A stretch of DNA of 55,856 bases from Asterionella formosa (Eukaryota): positions 1-55,856 of the forward strand of contig NKIB01013534.1 in NCBI GenBank assembly GCA_002256025.1, written 5' to 3'. How positions within the stretch are numbered: the stretch's first letter is position 1; each line of letters starts with the position of its first letter. This document shows, one piece after another, positions 47,684 to 55,856 of the stretch. The notes under the pieces were generated by a model. It did no database searches. It saw only the letters and a program-made list of their open reading frames with translations, and was not told where the DNA came from. A program made the position numbers and the translations under genes.

Positions 47684-47866
47684 TTTTCACAGTACGAACG
47701 CATATTCTATTGTATCAAGGGGAATACAGGAATGCTGGTAGGGCAAAGCAACCTACAGTTCCACAGTACGCACGTAGAAATGAGAACAGTTTCACAGTAC
47801 GAACGGCATAATTCCTATTGTAACAAGAAGGGGAAGACGGAATTACTGGTAGGGCAAACCTACAGT
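47684..47866. repeat. Imperfect tandem duplication, period ~106 bp
   Basis: tttcacagtacgaacg…ctggtagggcaaa…cctacagt occurs twice. Confidence 0.8.
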
Positions 47867-47976
47867 CTCACACTTGTAACGACGACCTGGTTCCTACCAG
47901 CCGGGAGTACCTGGTGGTATCATACAGAATAGCTATTTGTTAGTACGTCTGAGTGCAGCGTCAAAGACGCAAGGTA

Positions 47977-48769
47977 CCAGTAAAAAACCGCAATGACCCA
48001 TTGAGAATATTTTTGAACTGCCATGACCAATTGAACGCAGAATAACACGTTTTGCGATGAAAACTGAAATAAATGTAAATTTTGAGAGTTCTGGCTCCTT
48101 CCCGAGCATATAGGCTAGTCAGCTATGTAATTAGTTTGAGATTTGGAGCAAGTTGTTAATCTCGATAGATTTATTTGCCTGAAATGGTCGATCGACCGAA
48201 AAACCATGAAGAACACGGATTAGGGTAAGTTTAGAAATCACCGCATCATATGATATACGACGATCAATATAAAAATTTCGATATTGATTTGAACCTTCAC
48301 CTCATTTGCGACAATATAGTATATCTTCTTGTCTTGGTATTGACTTCTACGGAGATGGCAAATTATTTAGGCGCACGGCATCATCATGCAAATGCGTTAT
48401 GTATGATTGCGGGTATACCAGGTAGGGAGTACATACCAGGTTTAATCGCACCTTTCTAATAGCACGCATGACAAGTGCTTTAACACATGACCTACTAATC
48501 CGTCCTCGAAAATATACATAAATTTATATTCGTTTATCAAGAAAAAAGTATATACTGCCATAACCCATTGAAATCACTTTTTAGCTGTTTTATTATCATC
48601 GTATCTTCTGATGAGATCGTTCAATCAGAATTCTAACACGACAGCTTGATGGATCGATGCTGCTCTGACACTATCTAACAAACGGATCCGCAATTCGGTA
48701 GAATTTACCATTAGTCGGAGGAGTCAAACAAACACCCTAACTCAATGGGTCATGGCAGTTCTTTACTGG
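47977..48769. mobile_element. ~790-bp MITE with 29-bp TIRs and TA target duplication
   Basis: TA|CCAGTAAAAAACCGCAATGACCCATTGAG … CTCAATGGGTCATGGCAGTTCTTTACTGG|TA. Confidence 0.85.
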
Positions 48770-51167
48770 TACCTGGTAGTATGTATGCATCATAGCCCTG
48801 TGTAGGCCTTGTATACCGGTACCTGGTCCTAGGTACCTGGTACCCTGGTACCATGCATACCTATTCATTAGCTGAGGTCAACACACTCAGCATCACGATG
48901 CCATTCCAGACATATTCACAATACAGGTATGTTATTCATATATTTTGTATCTTTAGAATTCATGCGAAATATAGTTTATGTAAAGAATAAGAGAATTCAT
49001 ATTGGATGCTGACAATATCGATGGTAAGGATGATTGTTGATATGCTTCATGCACACCCAGCCAGTTGCCAACAACCACATCACTTCGACTTTCTCCATCA
49101 ATTCATGCCCGATAGCACTCCGAAGATTTGCAGTCGATAACACACACTAATTCAAATAGATATTTAGTTTAGCATTTCAAATTCAATATTAAATGATTTG
49201 TTCCATACCTGTTTTGTGCTCATTAGGGTTGGTTGTTGCTTACATCACAAATCATGTCGCGATATTTCTCGAGATCGATTTCGCTTTGTTTTTCTCAATC
49301 AAATAAGGGCAGATTGCAATCAAACAATTTGAATTGAAGCTGTCTTTCGAAATGATTTATCTTCTAAAAATTTATCTTGAACTTTTAAAATATTTACTTG
49401 TAACATCAACTAGTCCTGCCTTGGAAACAACCATATGATTGTGAACCATCACATGAAACCACGACAAGTAATCTTGTTCAGTATAATAGTAAAAATTATT
49501 TTCGTAAAGTGCACAACCATAAACTGTAGCATGAATTAAGACACCACAAATATCCTTATTATTTCACAAAGGAAGATGCATGTTGTAAATGAATTAGCCT
49601 CAGGAGCAGGACTTAGTTGAACTTTGAAATGAATTATTTGAAACATCAACTAATTCAGTATCGAGTTCAAAGTTTTTGTGATTTCTTCACATGAAACCGT
49701 TAAAAGTAACCTTTTCTATGGGAATAGTAGCATTAATTCATGTGAAGTACCACATAATTAACACTCCTACGTAGAACAACTTTCGAAAAGTGGCATATTT
49801 CGCGGCTTATATGTATGTCTGCATATGAGTCCAACAACATGGCAAATGTGATTGCCTTATCATGTCAGTGGACAAAATGCACGAATAATGAAAATGAGAA
49901 CCACCCTGTCACTTGGTTTGTGGAATTGGATGGAATTCGAGAATGCTTTAGCAGTAAGAGCTCCGCAATTTCGGATGGTGCCTATGTGGCCCATCATGTT
50001 ATCAACAACCTAACAGAAGTCTACAAGAGTTTGGTGTTGGCTGGGAAAATTTGGTCTTGCAAGCTCCAAGCTCATGATCCAAGAGGTCAAAAAGAATGTA
50101 CACAAATACTATAATTTGTATTTACATGACGACACCAAGGCGAATAAGAATGGCAAGCTGGCTTCTTTTCGAAGAGCAAGTTTAAGGGAGACTGCAGGAA
50201 GTGTGGCAAGTATGATTACAAGGCAGTTGATTGCTGAAGCAAGGGCAATACTACAAAAAAACTAACTACCAATTAATGGAATAAGAGAATAAACATGAAG
50301 TGTTTCAAGTGCCAGCAGATAAGTGACTGTGCAAGTGGGTGAAACAATCAACAAAATGCACCAATCAAACAGAATGTAGAAGATGCCAATACTACTACAC
50401 AAGGAATTTTTGTGCATGGTGACATGAATTGAGGTGAGCTACAATGAAACATTTAATCATATGTGCATGAATAAGGACTGTTCGCTACTCAGAGTACTAG
50501 ATAGACTAATGTTGCTATGGTACATATACGCAATGATGAGCACATCATGGAGGACATGCAGGCAGTGTGTGAAACTGTCCTTGCGGGAAACTGTGCAGCA
50601 ATTGTTGCAACCATATCAGGCACAGTGACCCTTAGTATGACAATGGACAAAGGAAAAGTGTTGAAACTCACCAATGTGCTCTATGCACTGGAGTTTAAAC
50701 AGAATATCATCAGCATTTCAAGAATCATTGACAAGGACAACAAACAACAATGACAAGATGACAATCAGAAACAACAATGGATTTTGATCTGCAAACAAGA
50801 TGAAATGAGTACAATTGGTGCAATTCACCATGTGAAAGGAATGCCTATTCTAAAGCAAATGGCGTTGGAGGTTGAACAAGAAAATGAGGAACCAGCACTA
50901 CAATCTATCATCTATAATAAAGAAGACAAGAGTGAATGGGCAAAAGTTAAAGGAAAGAAGAATACGACAAAAGCAACACATGTTAAACAAGCAACACCAA
51001 CAAAAATAATGATGTGATTGTGGAAATCACACATGCAACCTTTGTTGTTTGCTTTTTCTGGGTTGTTTTAGTCTGTTTTTCCTATGCCCTTTCAATAACA
51101 TCAACAAGTGGAACCGGCACACAGAAAGCCATGATGTAGAACCATTGTAGGATTGGCATGATGTTGC

Positions 51168-53003
51168 TTACCAATCACTGGATCCTGTGCTGAACTTGCT
51201 ACCTATTCTTCCAATTCTCAAGTTTTCACCAGTCACTGCGTTGACGCGTTTCCATGCCACAGCACGGTCCTGGGCGACAATACTCAGTGGCACTGGACCC
51301 ATGAGTGCATATGGAGAAGGTTGAACAATTAGAGCACGTGCTTGTCTTCGCCATTCATCTTCATTCAAAATAAGCCTCTGGTTTCCAGGACAACACTTCT
51401 GAATTTTGTGCTTTCTCATGAGATAATCCTCCAGTTCTTCGATGTCTCTAATATCTAGTTGGCCTTGAAAAACCACCAACTCCGATATTGCTCCTTCTCC
51501 TTCTTCTTCGCAACCTTCTCCACAACAGAGAGTCATGTCAAAGCAGTGATCCGATCCAATCGTGAGTCCATCCATTGCGATTTCTTCCATTTCGCCTGTC
51601 TTGTTGCACTGGGGAAGATGCTCACTCATGCCATCGACCCGAATCATGGATTCGCTTCCAGCAAATATAGCAACATAGCAATGCCAATTCCCTGGACCTC
51701 GTTGACCACGATGAATACACTCTTCGTTTACAGGTTCTCGTTCTTCTTCGGGATCGTTTTCACCGGGTATACAGTCAAATGGACAGTCGCAAGCGGTTGT
51801 CTGGATTTGTTCTTGTCGCTGACCCCCTCCTTCTGAATCGCAACTGCTATCGTCGGACTCGAATCCGCGTGGGGCCTTGTCTTGCAATTGCGTTTGACTG
51901 GCTAATTTTTCAGTCGCTATGCAAATTGGAGACATGTCAATTAAATCGTCGCGGCCATTAATTGGGTACATGTGTCCCAATTGGCACTGACGCTTGAGTC
52001 CAGAAAAAAAGCACCCATCTTCTGTGGCGATTCCAACACAAAACACGGTAATTGGTCCACGCAATTCTCCGCAATCAAATGGTGGCGTATGTAATCTTAC
52101 TGCATTGTTTCCCGATGAATTCAGAAATTGGAGACACGGATGTTGACCTCCTTCCAACTCATTCTTGTTGTTCTTCGATGGACTGCTTATCACTACACGG
52201 GGCAGCATTTCTTGCTGTAGAACCCGTCGATTCTTGCTACGATGACGAAGTAATTTAAAAATAACTTCTTGCCGACTTAAGCATTTCTCTTCGTTGTCGT
52301 CATCGTCAGGCTTTGGTGGTACTTGAGTTCCTTCTACGCTGTCATCATAGTCCCAACATAAGCAGTAGCCTTCTGGTCGAGCAAAGGTGGCTCCCCGGAC
52401 TGCTATTGTGGTGGCATGCGTTTCCCGCTTGTATTTATATGTTCTGCTTTTGAATAAATTTCTGATGGATGTCGTTCCATTGTTGAGTTTCGTCTTGCGT
52501 TCCGCTGTTCCTTGCTTCTGCGCAAGTTCCATCGTCTGTTCCACAAAAGACCGCGCATAACCAAAGGGTGCCAAGACCTCCCATGCTTGAGAATAACCTT
52601 TCCATTCGTTGCTGCAATTCCTGTTTAGAAATGATGACGAAGAATCTGATCGCGATATTTTTTGACGGTTTTCGTGTTGGCCGAATGCGAAAGACTTGGA
52701 ACGCGTTGAAGGGGAATGAAACGTCGAGTCGTCGTCGGAGTCACTGTCAAGTGGCACTGGAACTATCTGGATGCCCTCAGGAGGAAACCAAGCCGCGCAA
52801 AATGATTCTGCATTGTTTGTATGAGGGAGAAAGGATGCCAGCATGCTTGGCAACAGGAGTCCAGAACTAGTCCCGCTTGGCTTCAGTAGCGCCAGTATTG
52901 CACGATTTCGCCAACTCTGGGAAACGTTGGAAATCACCGCGAGTTCGACATTCGAGGCGGCATATTGGACCAGCCAGTCTACTAATTCAACAGGAACCTC
53001 CAT
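51168..53003 (-). CDS. Uncharacterised 611-aa protein with an F-box-like N-terminus and a concanavalin A/LamG-like C-terminal domain
   Basis: Intact long ORF. N-terminus VPVELVDWLVQY…LAVISNVSQSWR; C-terminal WHCYVAIF…IRVDG…LTIGSD…GAISELVVFQGQL…LEDYLMRKH resembles LamG_3. Confidence 0.7.
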   Translation of the reverse strand: MEVPVELVDWLVQYAASNVELAVISNVSQSWRNRAILALLKPSGTSSGLLLPSMLASFLPHTNNAESFCAAWFPPEGIQIVPVPLDSDSDDDSTFHSPSTRSKSFAFGQHENRQKISRSDSSSSFLNRNCSNEWKGYSQAWEVLAPFGYARSFVEQTMELAQKQGTAERKTKLNNGTTSIRNLFKSRTYKYKRETHATTIAVRGATFARPEGYCLCWDYDDSVEGTQVPPKPDDDDNEEKCLSRQEVIFKLLRHRSKNRRVLQQEMLPRVVISSPSKNNKNELEGGQHPCLQFLNSSGNNAVRLHTPPFDCGELRGPITVFCVGIATEDGCFFSGLKRQCQLGHMYPINGRDDLIDMSPICIATEKLASQTQLQDKAPRGFESDDSSCDSEGGGQRQEQIQTTACDCPFDCIPGENDPEEEREPVNEECIHRGQRGPGNWHCYVAIFAGSESMIRVDGMSEHLPQCNKTGEMEEIAMDGLTIGSDHCFDMTLCCGEGCEEEGEGAISELVVFQGQLDIRDIEELEDYLMRKHKIQKCCPGNQRLILNEDEWRRQARALIVQPSPYALMGPVPLSIVAQDRAVAWKRVNAVTGENLRIGRIGSKFSTGSSDW

Positions 53004-53157
53004 GGTAGAATGGTCAGGGAGTTCGTGGAATGCGGAAAATGAATGTAATCGAAGTTGTTAAGCGCCTTGCTTGAATGGTCCTGTTGGAAATCGTTCATCT
53101 TCGTGGAAACCCCCGACAGTCAACAATCACATCAGTCACTATACATACTGCCTGATG

Positions 53158-53250
53158 CCTTGCAAGTTGCGGTCATTTTGCTTGAACTAATATTTTAATC
53201 TAGGATGAAGATAGCTAACTCTTTAATTTCAGCAAAATACCGCAACTGGC
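53158..53250. mobile_element. ~95-bp MITE family A
   Basis: ccttgcaagttgcggtcattttgctt…tttcagcaaaataccgcaactggc; 155 bp upstream of the 53003 start. Further family fragments at 26874-26900 and 54690-54765. Confidence 0.75.
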
Positions 53251-54909
53251 CTGATATGCACCATATTTAATATACAGGGAACGTGATCCTTTACATACAT
53301 CATTTATCATACAATATACAGAAGCGAAGCGACCATCATCCAAATGTTTTCGTACATACGTACCGACTAGTACATGGAGGAACTTTTGATCCATGTTTCT
53401 TGTGCGGTCAACAACCATAGTAATGATAAATACTATTTGTACATCCCACTGATCACAATCAATCATCAATCACTCCACCATGACCTCCTTGTCCTCCCAG
53501 AAGGTTTCCACTGGTGATCCTTAGCAAGATACTCTCCATTATGTCATAGTAGTCAATGAAGTGTTGGATTTGATTTGCTGGTGAGGAAAGCCTAGCTAGA
53601 AGGTGAAGAAATGGCTGGCACTGGAGCCCACTGTTGTTCCAAGGAAAGGGCAAGGCATTAGTTTGGTCCTTAAATATCAAAGAGCTCACTTTTCTAAATC
53701 CAATACATTGTCAAGGCCAACAAGTAACTATATTTGAAAAATGTTGGTCCTCCTCCAAGCAACACCTCCACCACCACAAATCACAAATCAAAATCAATCC
53801 AGCACCCACTCCCTCCAAATCGATTTATGCATCGGTTTCTGTTCCCCCAGGCCCGATTTGAAAATTTCTAAATTTTGTTGCGACGACAGCAAAAAAGTGT
53901 GAGTTGAGTATGACGAGTTGACAATCTTTCACACGATTTATCAGCTGAAAACCATCCTCTTTTTTACTATTACTTCTACTCCCTAGTGCTCGTCGTTGTC
54001 ATGATGCCTTACCTTGTTTTGATATATGTTTCATACTTCCCTGCTCATCATTGTCACGCCTTACCTTGTTTCGATTTCCATTTCATACTTTGGCTGGTTT
54101 TAAACATTATGCCGAATTTTTCGATGCTTGTTATAATCATTCTTGTGTGATCATGTATATGTTCGGTACTCCATGCATTTTTGATGTGGCATCATCGGAT
54201 GATTTCTTAACTTTCCAGTGAAAATTCTTCTCCTGAAATTGCTTTACGGTCCCTGCTCAAACCTAAAATTGGACTGCCACAAAATCCACTTTGCCCCCAT
54301 CATATTGCCGCCATTCGACTGAAGTAGTGGTGTTTTCAAGTTGAGCTGTGACGATGCTGATGTTGATTTTCAACCACCAACAAAAGAAATTATATAAATA
54401 GCGAAATATTTTAGCGTGATGCTGGCGTGTTTACAGTTATTTTATCAATGACAATGGACATGGTAAAAGGCAATCAATGGCTGTATCAATGAAACAGAAT
54501 TGGTCAGGGGTCCAAAACCTGTGGTATCAGTGATACACCCATGATGATAACCCGGTGATCAGACCTAAAATCCCATTGGTGATTCAATAATATGATAAAA
54601 ACCACCATTTTCCAAAAAAACGGGAGATGATACACCAATTACAACAAATGACAAAATGATATAAACGGCCCTAAATAAAAATTTCACATCTGGATGAAGA
54701 TTGCTAAATTTTAGCTCCAATCTAATGACCGCAACTTATACAATGAGCGGTCATTTTGCTGAAACTGATAGCGTGGCGCAGGACGAGCAGTCACATTCAA
54801 ATTCCAGCCAATGTCGAATTTGATTCGAAACTGAAATATTTAACCGTTACGTGTCGGCCGAATTATTTTCATTGATTTTATCAAATCAATTTATCTATTT
54901 TCTTCCTGC

Positions 54910-54978
54910 TGGGGAATGGCTTAGTGGTTTAGCACGTTGCCTTTGATCTGAGGTTGTGTGGTTCGATTACCTTCCCAC
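54910..54978 (+). other. Degenerate tRNA-like sequence (tRNA pseudogene or SINE head)
   Basis: A-box TGGCTTAGTGG (54917) and B-box-like GGTTCGATTAC (54960) at tRNA spacing, with a GGGAA/TTCCC acceptor-like stem. The T-stem is imperfect, so it is not a functional tRNA. Confidence 0.45.
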
Positions 54979-55856
54979 ACGGTATTTCCTGGTGTTCAAA
55001 AAATAGTGGGTTGCGCCTTTTCAAGCAGCTTGTCCCGCCTTGTTCCTAGGCGGTCGGAATTTCCCCTAACGCTGCGGCTGAGACGATCACCTTTCGCAAA
55101 TGGTGGTTGGAGACGACTCACCTACGATAACAAACCTACGCAAGCACAGCAGGTCTTGTTGGCAGGTAGCACAATGAAAGACTTGCCTATAGAAATAGGG
55201 GAGTACGAATGGGCTATAAAACATATTATCCTTTTATTCATTTTCTGTAAAACTAGTTTCAGGGACCAGGCAAATTGCAGTCACTTTGCTGAAACTTCTA
55301 GTTCTGTAGTCGTATTTAGGTTCCAGAACTTCATCCCGAGCTAAAATATTCATATGTATATATCATACATGCATACATGGATCTATATATATTTATATAG
55401 CACATTAGCTAGTACCACAACCAATGGTCATGTCACCCGAACCCCCTTTTTAGCTGGCTTCAGCAAACAGCAAAATCTTCTGGATTACGCTGCTGTGACA
55501 ACTCATGCTTGCTTGCATTGACCGAACAGTTTGTTTTCGCTGCAGCTCAGCTGCTGATATTCGTCTGTACAGGGTATAGTGTGTGTGTGCACTCTAGAGC
55601 TAGCTACCGGTAGAGCACTAGCTAATATATAATCAGACTCCAAGGATATACTTGGTGTACATGGGCTGATACGAGAGATCAAGAACGAAGGAAACTGAGG
55701 GAATCAGATTCTCATGTACAACAAATTTTTCATTAGCAAGTTGAGAAGTTGTAAAGAAGAGTTGATTTATGACTAAGTCCCTGACGAGGAAGCAAGATGG
55801 CATCGGTATCAAGCCAACAATGTTTTGACAGTTTCAACAAAAATTATCTAAAATGT

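Larger units (their letters stand above)
46164..49812 (-). mobile_element. Second, inverted copy of TIR family B with different internal cargo
   Basis: 46164-46795 is the reverse complement of ~15560-16200, and ~49375-49812 of ~13893-14360 (ends cgcggcttatatg|ta). The middle is unrelated to the LRR cargo. Confidence 0.8.
45668..51020 (+). mobile_element. Decayed Ty1/copia gag-protease remnant, split by the family-B TIR element
   Basis: Gag N-terminus LPTFDGIDAKWQFCKAKFVAYA (~45860-45940) resumes at 49815 (WFVELDGIR…HVINNL). Degenerate zinc knuckle KCFKCQQ (~50298) and protease-region LKLTNVLYALEFKQNIISISRI; many stops; outer boundaries approximate. Confidence 0.7.

Noticed and set aside
54505..54520. 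hAT-like terminus CAGGGGTCCAAAACC
   Set aside because: No partner inverted repeat or 8-bp TSD found in the window.
54910..54978. Functional tRNA gene
   Set aside because: The T-stem and acceptor stem do not pair correctly and the conserved C61 is missing; kept only as tRNA-like.
55780..55850. Hammerhead ribozyme core (CTGACGAG); also CTGATGAG at ~48608
   Set aside because: No closing stem II followed by GAAA, and no pairing for stems I and III.

Overview
Eukaryotic nuclear DNA, very probably from a diatom or other ochrophyte. The evidence is compact genes with short GT-AG introns, bipartite plastid presequences with Phe at +1, and mitochondrial import and ribosome genes. About 13 intact protein genes are supportable: a TPR protein, an ankyrin/TRP-like channel, two plastid-targeted PebA-type bilin reductases, Tim44, a Popeye/cNMP-binding protein, Mpv17/PMP22, an MsrB-like protein, a zf-4CXXC_R1 protein, a CruP-type lycopene cyclase, an atypical bZIP, mitoribosomal mL49, and an F-box-like/ConA-like protein. 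Between them are blocks of nested, decayed transposons: an ~11.3 kb copia-like LTR element filled with foreign DNA, two opposite-orientation copies of a TIR element carrying different cargo (one with an LRR gene fragment), a ~95-bp TA-target MITE family, further MITEs and LTR remnants, and a tRNA-like (possible SINE) head. The most striking pattern is that non-coding DNA is saturated with TA-CCGG-TA / TA-CCWGG-TA palindromes and compound (GGTACCW)n arrays. Comparing duplicated segments inside the window shows these motifs as extra bases at a single TA, matching the CCWG...CWGG ends of the local TA-target MITEs. I infer they are accumulated excision footprints. All family assignments come from motif recognition by eye; no database searches were run.
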